Below, piece by piece: positions 25,970 through 36,745 of a DNA stretch of 53,120 bases. The notes under the pieces were generated by a model. That model searched no databases. It was not told the origin of the DNA and saw only the letters and a list, made by a program, of their open reading frames with translations. Every line of letters starts with the position of its first letter. Position 1 is the stretch's first letter. The DNA is from Nemertoderma westbladi (Eukaryota; Animalia; Xenacoelomorpha): NCBI GenBank assembly GCA_032718475.1, contig JAUCBJ010003994.1:1-53120 (forward strand), given 5' to 3'. Both the position numbers and the translations under genes were made by a program.

Positions 25970-28915
25970 TGGGGTTTGCCCCCTTAGGTATTTATTGCTG
26001 GTTACTGTTATATATTATTGGTTGGGTTTCCCCTTAGGTATTTCTTACCAGTTACTGTACTAGATTATTGGTTGGGTTCCCCCCTAGGTATTTATTACAG
26101 GTTACTGTTCTAGATTATTGGTTGGATTGGTGGTTGCCTTAGCCATTTCTTACCGGTTACTGTACTAGATTATTGGTTGGGTTGCCCCCTTAGCTATTTA
26201 TTACCAGTTACTGTACAAGATTATTGGTTGGGTTGGTTGCCTTAGCCATTTCTTACCGGATTACTGTACTAGATTATTGGTTGGGGTTCCCCCATAGGTA
26301 TTTATTACCGGTTACTGTACTAGATTTTTGGTTGGGTTTCCCCCTTAGGCATTTATTACCAGTTACTGTACTAGATTATTGGTTGGGTTGGTTGCCTTAG
26401 CCATTTCTTACCGGTTACTGTACTAGATTATTGGTTGGGGTTCCCCCCATAGGTATTTATTACCGGTTACTGTACTAGATTATTGGTTGGGTTTCCCCCT
26501 TAGGTATTTCTTACCAGTTACTGTACTAGATTATTGGTTGGGTTGGCTGCCTTAGCCATTTCTTACCGATTACTGTACTAGATTATTGGTTGGGTTTCCC
26601 CCTTAGGTATTTATTACCGGTTACTGTACTAGAGTATTGGTTGGTTTGCCCCATAAGGTATTTATTGCTGGTTACTGTTATATATTATTGGTGGGGTTCC
26701 CCTTAGGTATTTATTACCGGTTACTGTTCTAGATTATTGGTTGGGTTGCCCCCTTAGGTTATTTCTTACCAGTTACTGTACTAGATTATTGGTTGGGTTG
26801 CCCCCTTAGCTATTTATTACCAGTTACTGTACTAGATTATTGGTTGGGTTGGTTGCCTTAGCCATTTCTTACCGGTTACTGTACTAGATTATTGGTTGGG
26901 TTTCCCCCTTAGGTATTTATTACCGGTTACTGTACTAGAGTATTGGTTGGTTTGCCCCATAAGGTATTTATTGCTGGTTACTGTTATATATTATTGGTGG
27001 GGTTCCCCTTAGGTATTTATTACCGGTTACTGTACTAGATTATTGGTTGGGTTTCCCCCTTAGGTATTTATTACCGGTTACTGTTCTAGATTATTGGTTG
27101 GGTTGGTTGCCTTAGCCATTTCTTACCGGTTATTGTTCTAGATTATTGGTTGGGTTTCCCCCTTAGGTAATTATTACCGGTTACTTTACTAGATTATTGG
27201 TTGGGTTGCCCCCTTAGCTATTTATTACCGGTTACTGTACTAGATTATTGGTTGGGTTTCCCCCTTAGGCATTTATTACCGGTTACTGCACTAGAGTATT
27301 GGTTGGTTTGCCCCCTAGGTATTTATTACTGGTTACTGTTCTAGAGTATTGGTTGGTTTGCCCCCATAGGTATTTATTGCTGGTTACTGTTCTAGAGTAT
27401 TGGTTGGTTTGCCCCCATAGGTATTTATTGCTGGTTACTGTTATATATTATTGGTTGGGTTCCCCTTAGGTATTTATTACCGGTTACTGTACTAGATTAT
27501 TGGTTGGGTTCCCCCTTAGGTATTTATTACTAGTTACTGTACTAGATTATTGGTTGGGTTGCCCCCTTAGTTATTTCTTACCGGTTACTGTACTAGATTA
27601 TTGGTTGGGTTTCCCCCTTAGGTATTTATTACACGGTTACTGTACTAGATTATTGGTTGGGTTTCCCCATAGGTATTTATTACCGGTTACTGTACTAGAT
27701 TATTGGTTGGGTTTCCCCTTAGGTATTTATTACCGGTTACTGTACTAGATTATTGGTTGGGTTGCCCCCTTAGGTATTTATTACCGGTTACTCTACTAGA
27801 TTATTGGTTGGGTTTGCCCCTTAGGTATTTATTACTAGTTACTGTACTAGATTATTGGTTGGGTTGCCCCCTTAGGTATTTATTACCAGTTACTGTACTA
27901 TATTATTGGTTGGGTTTCCCCCTTAGTTATTTATTACCGGTTACTGTACTATATTATTGGTTGGGTTTCCCCCTTAGTTATTTATTACCGGTTACTGTAC
28001 TAGAGTATTGGTTGGTTTGCCCCATAAGGTATTTATTGCTGGTTACTGTTATATATTATTGGTGGGGTTCCCCTTAGGTATTTATTACCGGTTACTGTAT
28101 TAGATTATTGGTTGGGTTTCCCCCTTAGGTATTTATTACCGGTTACTGTTCTAGATTATTGGTTGGGTTGGTTGCCTTAGCCATTTCTTACCGGTTATTG
28201 TTCTAGAGTATTGGTTGGTTTGCCCCCATAGGTATTTGTTGCTGGTTACTGTTCTAGAGTATTGGTTGGTTTGCCCCCATAGGTATTTATTGCTGGTTAC
28301 TGTTATATATTATTGGTTGGGTTCCCCTTAGGTATTTATTACCGGTTACTGTACTAGATTATTGGTTGGGTTCCCCCTTAGGTATTTATTACAAGTTACT
28401 GTACTAGATTATTGGTTGGGTTGCCCCCTTAGTTATTTATTACCGGTTACTGCACTAGATTATTGGTTGGGTTGCCCCCTTAGGTATTTATTACCGGTTA
28501 CTCTACTAGATTATTGGTTGGGTTTCCCCCTTAGGTATTTATTACCGGTTACTGTACTATATTATTGGTTGGGTTTCCCCCTTAGTTATTTATTACCGGT
28601 TACTGTACTAGATTATTGGTTGGGTTGCCCCCTTAGGTATTTATTACCGGTTAATGTACTAGATTATTGGTTGGGTTTCCCCCTTAGGTATTTATTACCG
28701 GTTACTGTACTATATTATTGGTTGGGTTTCCCCCTTAGTTATTTATTACCGGTTACTGTACTAGATTATTGGTTGGGTTTCCCCCTTAGGTATTTATTAC
28801 CAGTTACTGTACTATATTATTGGTTGGGTTGGTTGCCTTAGCCATTTCTTACCGGATTACTGTACTATATTATTGGTTGGGTTTTCCCCTTAGGTATTTA
28901 TTACCGGTTACTGTA
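25970..28915. repeat. 51-bp tandem satellite, left arm
   Basis: Unit GGTTACTGTACTAGATTATTGGTTGGGTTTCCCCCTTAGGTATTTATTACC plus a 52-bp variant (...GGTTGCCTTAGCCATTTCTTACC). Confidence 0.98.
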
Positions 28916-29478
28916 TGTGACGGGATCCACCCAGGATCCCAGTTTATCCGGTTTCTAAACTACGCGTCGTCCCCGCCGTGTGTATGTGAAAAGGTGGAAA
29001 CAGTTATTGATCGTTGTATACAGTTCCAGGGTATAATAGTATAAGACAATAGTTGAATAATATAAGTGTACCGGTAAAATGATATGCAATGGTGACTGGA
29101 CAGAGATGACGGTATTTAGAGTTCCGGTACCGTCCTAACTAACTGACTTACTATAAGTGAATGAAATGATTACTGTATTGATAATATATATTGCACGGTT
29201 GGCCGCGTTGTACTACTCAACCGATGCCTCCCCCCCCCATTGGCTAATAACCCTGTTGTCGCCCTTTGCCTCCCCTGGAGGGTTTCCCTTCGCCCCTGTT
29301 GCTCTCTCTCTCTCAGGGGTGTAACCCCTGACCCCTGTTGTGCGTATGTCCTTTGGGGGTTTTCTTGTCCCCACTTTATTGGGGTGATACGAGGTTGATA
29401 TTGGATATCAACCTCGTGTTCCCAATATTGCTTAAAGCTCGCTTTGTGGGCTGGCTAGCGGAATTGAATACGGTAACA
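28916..29478 (-). repeat. 3' LTR (563 bp)
   Basis: tgtgacggg...ggtaaca; direct repeat of 41964-42534. Confidence 0.97.
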
Positions 29479-29487
29479 CTCCCCCCC
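29479..29487 (-). promoter_or_regulatory. Polypurine tract
   Basis: Minus strand GGGGGGGAG directly before the TGT of the 3' LTR. Confidence 0.9.
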
Positions 29488-30178
29488 ATGCTATCTTCCC
29501 GGTAGGAAGATAGCATCCACCTTTAGTGCGCTATAATTCCGCTGGATCTCGACCTAGTATCGAGTGTGGGGTGGAACTATTTTTTTGGAGCCGGTTTTCC
29601 AGACTGCCCCCTATGGGTATGATATCGCTACCCTGTTTACCTGGCGTCCCGTGTCGGGCCGATCATGTGCTCCTCTCACACGACTTTTGTTTCCCCAACA
29701 CTTTCGCCACTCTAACTCCACTCTATTCTCACCCTGACTCTCGCTACTTCTCCTCACTTCCGCTCTAACTTTCTGACTTCCCTGTCCCTCACTCAGCCTC
29801 TTGTTCCTCCCCCCCCACACTTGAATTGCACTCACACTCTCTCCGCACTCCGCACTATCGCTCCATTGCTCGACCCCTCTTTGGCTAACTTACTCATCTC
29901 TGACGAGTCTCACCCCCCTCTCCTGTGCCGTCGCACTCAGGAAATGTGAAGTCATCTAGTGTCTCGTTCGTCATAGTCAGTCATCCCCCGGTCCAGTAGC
30001 TAATTGGAAAAAGGTTGAGTGACTATAGTACCTACTTCGATTATATTTTGCTAAACTAATAATGATTACTACGTACGTACCTACTAATTGCACTTTTCAA
30101 TTATTTAAATTACTTAAATTTATACTTAGGAGTTCGCACGTCTAGCGTGGTGCCTTCCAGGCATGTTACTCCGAAGTC

Positions 30179-32427
30179 CTAGCTCGTTCCACCAGCCTTT
30201 GGGAACCACCTCAAGTCTTTCCCTTTGTCGTCCCCCTCCCTGGGTCGTTTCCTGGTCACTGCCGCTCCTCTGGTCTTCTCTGCTTTCTGGCTTCTGACTC
30301 TCGCCGCCACCTCCTTACTGATCCCGGTCGTCGACTCCTTGGGTGCCGGTGTTATTAGCTCCCGGTATCGCTTCACGGGTGGCCCCTCCGAGTGGCCCTG
30401 TTGTCTCCCCCTGGTGGCGTCTCATAGGATCATCTTCATTGCCCGCGGCACATGCTCCGCCAAGAAATCCCTAAACTCTCCTCTACTCTGTGGCGTCCAC
30501 CTATCCAAATACCTCTGCGTATTTATCACTCCGGCATATGATGCCGCCGTCGCCACTTCCTGGTAGGTAAACGGAAGCCTCCGTTTGATAATCTCCATGT
30601 GAGCCTCCTGATTGATGTTAAAGAAGCCCCACCGGAACTCCTGGGCCTTCATACGTTGCAGAGTCATCGCCCCGACGTCGGCCCATTCCTCGAAGATCCT
30701 AAACTTCTCTTCGTCGTCCATCCAGTCACACTGGCGTCCGTAATGTCCCCGAAAGTTACACTTCGTACATCGGTTATGCAACCGTGGACACGCCCCCATC
30801 CTGTGGCTCGACTCGCGGCAATAGAGACAACTAGTCCCTTTCTGGAACCGGTACAAACAGCTCCTTTCCTGGTGGGTCTGTCTCCCACAGTAGTCACAGC
30901 CGAGCACCAATGTCTCCCGCCCCACGTCGTCTTTCGTCCCAAGCGATCTCCGCGGTCTGTGGAGTCGCTGGTAAGCGAACTTCCGGACGTTAGTGTCCCT
31001 ATCTACGTCAATCTCCTCGCCCCTCTCGGGCATCGTCTCCCCGAATACTACCCGTGGTGCCGTCCCTGGTTGCTCGCCCAACCTGATAGTGCTCCCCGCG
31101 AAATCCATCGCCGGCTCCTCGTGCACCCAGGGCCACTTGCCGGGTCTATCCCAGAAGGCCCTCGCCCCACTGGCCGTCACCACCCTCCCGCCAACCCAGT
31201 CTGTGTCTGAGTGGCCGATCCTCCCGATGGGCGGCATCTCTCCGAACTCGTCGTCGTCCTCGTCCTCCTCTGGGAGTGGCTCCAACCCCGGTATCCCGGT
31301 GGACCCACTATGTCCCTTCCCGCCCGTAGCTCTCCATCCCTCTAGCTCCCCTAGCCTCCTTAGCGGCTGGTCGCCCTCGGCGCCCGCTGGTATGGGCGTC
31401 GCTTGCAATCCCGACGTCGACTGTTTCGGTGACCCCACTGTCCATCCCAATTCTCGCCATAGAGACTCCCCCGAACTCCCTGATGAAGTCCAACAAAGTT
31501 CGTCCAAGCCCGCCTGTTCCTCGAAGCCGTAGCTATCATTATCCAGTCCTCCTGTAGGATATATCGCTTCTGATATACCTTTATAGCTCCTCTCCGGAAT
31601 TGATATACCTCTTGTCTCCCTGGCCTCGCTCCCCACTTCAGCGAGTTCGCCAAGTCTGCTCTGTACTCCTCTCTGAACTTGCCCCAGTCCATCGGTTTGT
31701 GACACACGAGCCCCATTAACTGGCCCATCGCCACTGCCCCGCAATGTCCTGTGTTCTCTACTAGTCCCAATCCGTCCGGCGCTGTCATAGCCATGTAGAC
31801 CGTCTGCATATCCAGAAGGTTGGGGGTGTCCGGACCGATGATTCTCTCCGCGTCGTCGCGAATCGCCGATCCCACTTTCGTCGTTGACTTCTCTCTCACT
31901 AGTGCTTGCACCGCCTTCGGCAACCGGTTTAACTTCGGCCCATCCTTCTTTCCATACATTCCTAGATCGAATAGGAATATATCCCCATTTGGCGCGGCCA
32001 AATGTAGGAGTATGGTTCTGGCTGATGCCGCCGATCCTCTCCTCGAACCCTCCTCGTCTTCCATGGTCCCCTCATCGTCCAGGACCATATACCCTTCTCT
32101 GCTGACGGACTCTACGAACCTCTTCCAATCCTTCTTCGGTGGATCCCTTGCGTACTTCGGAATCCCGAACTTCGCTTCGTCTCCTTTTATCACGTAGTGG
32201 AAATGCTCGAAGATCGCGTTGTCCAGCGACGGCGTCCCGTAGGTCCCGACCAGCCGCTGTTCGTGCACCTCCCTGAAATGGTCCTGTAGCGCTCGCGCTG
32301 CGTGACCCCTCTTTAACCGTTCGTAGTATCCCCTCGTTCTCTCTTCCGGATGCCTCTTGGTGAAATCCACCAGTATCTCCTTTCCTCCTAGCTCCGCCAT
32401 TCTCTTTCGCACAAGTTTGCTTGCCAT
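30179..32427 (-). CDS. Extra ORF (frameshifted): DEDDy 3'-5' exonuclease (WRN/EXD2-like), linker, 3x CCHC zinc knuckle, basic tail
   Basis: ExoI VLDDEG; LLHLAAPNGDIFLFDL; ExoII LPKAVQALV...KVGSAIRDDAERI; ExoIII-like YQKRYILQED. Knuckles CDYCGRQTHQERSC, CLYCRESSHRMGAC, CTKCNFRGHYGRQC. Pieces lie in ORFs 31360-32430, 31308-31496, 30422-31744 and 30179-30376; their fusion is inferred. Confidence 0.8.
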
Positions 32428-32934
32428 CACTCGGTCGCTCGATCACTTTTTGCCCGATCACTCACCCGTTGGGTGGTGCCTTACCAAGGCGCAATAGGGT
32501 GAGTGATAGGTTAAGGTGGTTTATCTCAGTTCTATGGCCTATCTCCCTCTGGATTACTAAGTTAATTAGCCTATTTACACTGCTTGATATCTGTAGCTAC
32601 CAAATTGTACCTAAATTGTAAATTTGTCAGTTACTTTTATTATGTTCCAGAATTTTCTTGCTACTGTTACCATAATTTGTCAATTTCTTAGCCCTATCCT
32701 ATTTTAATATTTTTAATCTAATTCAATCCTACTATCGTGCTGCTACTTACTATTGCCTATGGATTATTCTATTTCATAATCCACATTCTGGCCTATTCTG
32801 TGGGCTTGTGCAGTACAACAGTATGCATCGCGTGGCCTACACGATTTATCCAGCTGTACTCATATGCCCCCCTCTCGCTACTAACTAGTAACTAATGTCT
32901 ATACTATATATATATCCCTCTACCTCTTACTCTT

Positions 32935-33350
32935 ACTAGCCGGTACTACGTACCCTCTTACTAACTTCTAACTCTCTCTAACTAACTAACTAATCGGTAC
33001 TGCGTACCCTCTTACTAACTCTTACTCCACTAACTGACTAACTGGTATTACGTACCCTCTTACTAACCTCTAACTCCATTAACTAACTAACGGTACTACG
33101 TACCCTCTTACTAACCTCTAACTCTCTCCAACTTACTAACGGTACTAAACCTCTTACTAAACTCTAACTTCTGCCTACTGACGGTACTACATACCCTCTT
33201 ACTAACTAACTTCTGCCTACTGACAGTACTACGTACCCTCTTACTAACTTCTGCCTACTGACGGTACTACGTACCCTCTTACTAACTAACTTCTGCCTAC
33301 TGACGGTACTACGTACCCTCTTACTAACTAACTTCTGCCTACTACTGCGT
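32935..33350. repeat. Internal tandem repeats between pol and the extra ORF (about 9 units of 40-55 bp)
   Basis: Core GGTACTACGTACCCTCTTACTAAC with variable spacers. Confidence 0.9.
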
Positions 33351-33496
33351 ACCTATTATGTACTATTCTAAGACTTTCTCTTCTTATTATTTTTTTTTAT
33401 TTTTATTTTTACTGTGTGGAAAGGGCGTCTCGCCCTCAATCCCACCCCCTCAGTCCAAAACTTGGACGACTAAACTCCACTAAAATCCACACTAGT

Positions 33497-36400
33497 TCAA
33501 GGTGCCCCCTCTAGTAGACAGCATTTCCCTACAGCCCTCCTGTAGGTCTTTCTGTCTTTCGCACCTATCTTTCCACCTATTCGCACTTCTACCGATCGGA
33601 CTCTTCCGTCCTCATCGGAGTAAGTGCCCACAACTCTCGCCAACCGCCATTGGTTGTTGATGATGGTATCGTCCGTGACGATCACCAGATCACCCTCCTT
33701 TAACTCTCTGTTCGTGTTCCTCCACTTACTTCTTCTGTGTAGTGTGGGCAGATATTCCTCGACCCACCTCCTCCAGTACTCTGCGCTTATCGCCTTAGCG
33801 ACTTTCCAACTCTGGCGGGAGTGTATGTCATCTAGGTCTACACCCCGCATGTCGATTGTCGCTGGCCTTTCCATTAGAAGGTGACTGCGCGTCAGCACGT
33901 CTATTGACTCAGGGTCATCATTCTCTGGATATAGCTGTCTGTTATTAATGATACCCTCACACTTTGCCAGTACTGTCCTTAGTACGTCCTCTGTAACCAT
34001 GTGGGTGTTCATCAGCTTCGTCATCAGACGTTTCGAACTACCCACTAATCTCTCGACGTATCCTAGGGTATGCGGAGCATACGGCGTCCTCCTCTCCCAC
34101 TTTACTTGTCGCCTTCTCATGGCCGCCCTGACTTCCTCCCCTTCCAGGATATCCAAGGCCTCTGCCATCTCGTTCTCCGCCCCCACAAAGTTGGTCCCGC
34201 TGTCAGAATACATTACTGCGATCGTCCCACCTTTGTGGTCTCTAAATCTTTCTAAAGCATTAATGAATGCTGATGCGGTTGCATCTTGGGCGAGTTCTAT
34301 TCCTACCGCCCGCGTGTTGTTACATACGAAGATGATACCGTAGCGTTTCTCCGTGTGCCGCATCACCTTAATCTTTATCGGCCCGAACATATCCACACCG
34401 CAATGCGTAAATGGCGGGTCGTGCTGTCTTACTCTACTGGCCGGTAGTGGCGTCATTTCCTGTATGGCCCGTTCCTTCTTCGCTCGTCGGCAGCTCTGGC
34501 ACTGCCCCACTACCGCCTTTACCTTCTTCCTCAACTGTTTGACCCAAAAGGTCCTCCGTATCTCCGTGAGGGTTCGGTTGGTGCCCCCGTGCAATATTGA
34601 TTTGTGGGAGTCCCACATAATCTGGTGGACTATCGGCGATCCTGTGGGGATGATGATGGGCTTCGGTGGTACGACGATACTGTTGTTGTATCCCACCCGA
34701 GAGTTCATTACTAGGATCCCGTCGTCATTAAGTTGTGGTGACAGCGTGATCAGCTCGCTGTCCCGCCGGAGATGCTGTTGTTTACCGACGCGTTCCACCT
34801 CGTCGCCGTAGTTCTTCCTCTGCTCATAGCGGATGACTGCTTTGGCCGCTCCTTCCAGATCTATTGTCATTCTAATCTTCAAGTCTTTGCCAACTCCCTT
34901 GAGGAAATTCCCGAAGGCTCTCCAGTACGCCACTAACTTCTTGGTCTTGTACCAACTAGAACTGTAGCTAAGGAGTTTATCCGTCGGGTTATCGCACAGT
35001 TCTCCTGGTTTTGGTTGCACGCCCTTAATCTCCCTCACCATCTGGGAGTATATCTCCTCTCCCTCTGAATCTCCCTCTTCTCCTTCTGACACCACTTCTC
35101 CTGAGCCCGGGTCCACCTTTCTCATCGGCGGCCAGGCCTCCCTATCGCTCAGAAACTGTGGCCCGTGTTGCCACAATACTTCCTTCTTCAAGAAAGTGTG
35201 ACATACCACGCCCCTCGATAACAAGTCCGCTGGGTTCTCGTCCGTTGGGCAGTAGTGCCACCTTTCTAGTTCTGTGGTCGCCCTTATTTCGTCCACTCTA
35301 TTTGCGACGAATATACGGTATCTCGTCCTTTCATTGTGTAGCCAACCGAGCACTACCATGGAATCCGTCCAGTAGTGTGTTTCCACTATGTTGGGAATAG
35401 CGTCCACTAAGTAGGCTGTGGCCCTAACTCCTAATCTCGCAGCTGTCAACTCAAGTTTCGGAACTGATGCTGAGTCTGGTGGCGTCGACTTCGCTTTACT
35501 GAATGCGAGTCTGGGCTTGTGAGCCCCCTCTCGTTGTACTAAGTAGAGTGCCGCTCCATATGCCTCTAATGACGCATCGGAGAACATATGTAGATCCAGA
35601 TTCGTCATGTCCCCATCCGGGAAATATACACGTGGCATGCTGTATGTTCCCATCTGCTCTAAACTCTCTGTCCACTTGTTCCACTGCTTACTAATCTCTT
35701 CTGGGACCTCTGTGTCCCACTCATCCTTTAATTTGTATACTCTCTTGAGTATCTGTTTCCCCGTGACTAGTAATGGGGATGCTAGGCCTAGGGGATCGTA
35801 TATCCTCGCTATGTATGACACATAGCCCCTCTTTGTGTGGATACCTTCTCCCTCCTGACTCAATTGGTATTTTAACTCGTCTGTCTCTCTGTTCCACACG
35901 ATTCCCAGTGCCTTCTGTTGAGACTCCATCCTCTTGTTCGCCATGTCCTGCCCCTTGGCTGTTGTGGGATTATCCATGGTCGATCCTGGTCTCTCATCTT
36001 TTATCGCCTCGATAAATTCCTTCGAACTGGATTGGAATTTGGTTAGGTTGAAGCCGGATCCTTTAAGGATGTCGCGAACCTCGCGCCCTATGTCCAGTAG
36101 CTCCTTAACCGTATTTCCAGACTCCATCCCGTCGTCTACGTAGAAGCCGTGTCGAATCATATCGACGGCTCTAGTACTGTATTTATCTTCCTTTCCCTTT
36201 ACTGTGTCTCTTACAGCCATAGTCGTCGTAAACGAAGACGACTTGGCTCCCATATTCTGTACTATCATCTTATACATTGGTATGGTCGACGGTTCCTCAT
36301 CGCCGTCGTACCATAGGAAGCGTTGGCTGTCGCTATCCTCTTTCGTTACACGGACTTGGTTGAACATGCCTTCGATGTCGCAGGTGAAAGCGTGTTTGCC

Positions 36401-36745
36401 ATTCCTGAATCTGAGTAGGACCTCGATCCCTGAGTTGTAGATGTTGGGACCCTCCAGCAGATAATCGTTTAGGCATTTCCCGTTGGTCTTGGCTGATGCG
36501 TCAACTACCATCCGCAGTTTACCTTTCTTCGGGTCTATAGCCACGTGGAGTGGCAGGTAATAGGTCCTGTCCGTGTTTGGCTCGTCGACCGGTAACTCCA
36601 CGGCCCATCCTTTCTCGACATATTTTCTAATTGTCTTGTGGATGTACTCATTCTTTTCGGGGCTCCGTTTTAACATCTGCTTTAACTTGCGAAGCCTCGT
36701 AAGTACCATCCCTTTGTTGTCGGGTAACGGTAGCTTCGGTAGCTT
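33497..36745 (-). CDS. pol: BEL/Pao Pol: reverse transcriptase, RNase H, integrase
   Basis: YYLPLH, LRMVVDAS, CDIEGMFNQV, FYVDD; LHMFSDAS, PKLEL, YWTDS, NPADLLSRG; HHCC, GVDMFGP, SDSGTNF, ERLVG; C-terminal YWRRWVEEYLPTL. Open for 1070 aa. Confidence 0.97.
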   Translation of the reverse strand, partial: KLPKLPLPDNKGMVLTRLRKLKQMLKRSPEKNEYIHKTIRKYVEKGWAVELPVDEPNTDRTYYLPLHVAIDPKKGKLRMVVDASAKTNGKCLNDYLLEGPNIYNSGIEVLLRFRNGKHAFTCDIEGMFNQVRVTKEDSDSQRFLWYDGDEEPSTIPMYKMIVQNMGAKSSSFTTTMAVRDTVKGKEDKYSTRAVDMIRHGFYVDDGMESGNTVKELLDIGREVRDILKGSGFNLTKFQSSSKEFIEAIKDERPGSTMDNPTTAKGQDMANKRMESQQKALGIVWNRETDELKYQLSQEGEGIHTKRGYVSYIARIYDPLGLASPLLVTGKQILKRVYKLKDEWDTEVPEEISKQWNKWTESLEQMGTYSMPRVYFPDGDMTNLDLHMFSDASLEAYGAALYLVQREGAHKPRLAFSKAKSTPPDSASVPKLELTAARLGVRATAYLVDAIPNIVETHYWTDSMVVLGWLHNERTRYRIFVANRVDEIRATTELERWHYCPTDENPADLLSRGVVCHTFLKKEVLWQHGPQFLSDREAWPPMRKVDPGSGEVVSEGEEGDSEGEEIYSQMVREIKGVQPKPGELCDNPTDKLLSYSSSWYKTKKLVAYWRAFGNFLKGVGKDLKIRMTIDLEGAAKAVIRYEQRKNYGDEVERVGKQQHLRRDSELITLSPQLNDDGILVMNSRVGYNNSIVVPPKPIIIPTGSPIVHQIMWDSHKSILHGGTNRTLTEIRRTFWVKQLRKKVKAVVGQCQSCRRAKKERAIQEMTPLPASRVRQHDPPFTHCGVDMFGPIKIKVMRHTEKRYGIIFVCNNTRAVGIELAQDATASAFINALERFRDHKGGTIAVMYSDSGTNFVGAENEMAEALDILEGEEVRAAMRRRQVKWERRTPYAPHTLGYVERLVGSSKRLMTKLMNTHMVTEDVLRTVLAKCEGIINNRQLYPENDDPESIDVLTRSHLLMERPATIDMRGVDLDDIHSRQSWKVAKAISAEYWRRWVEEYLPTLHRRSKWRNTNRELKEGDLVIVTDDTIINNQWRLARVVGTYSDEDGRVRSVEVRIGGKIGAKDRKTYRRAVGKCCLLEGAP

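Noticed and set aside
30179-32427. env gene interpretation of the extra ORF
   Set aside because: No signal peptide or transmembrane segment; the motifs are exonuclease and CCHC.
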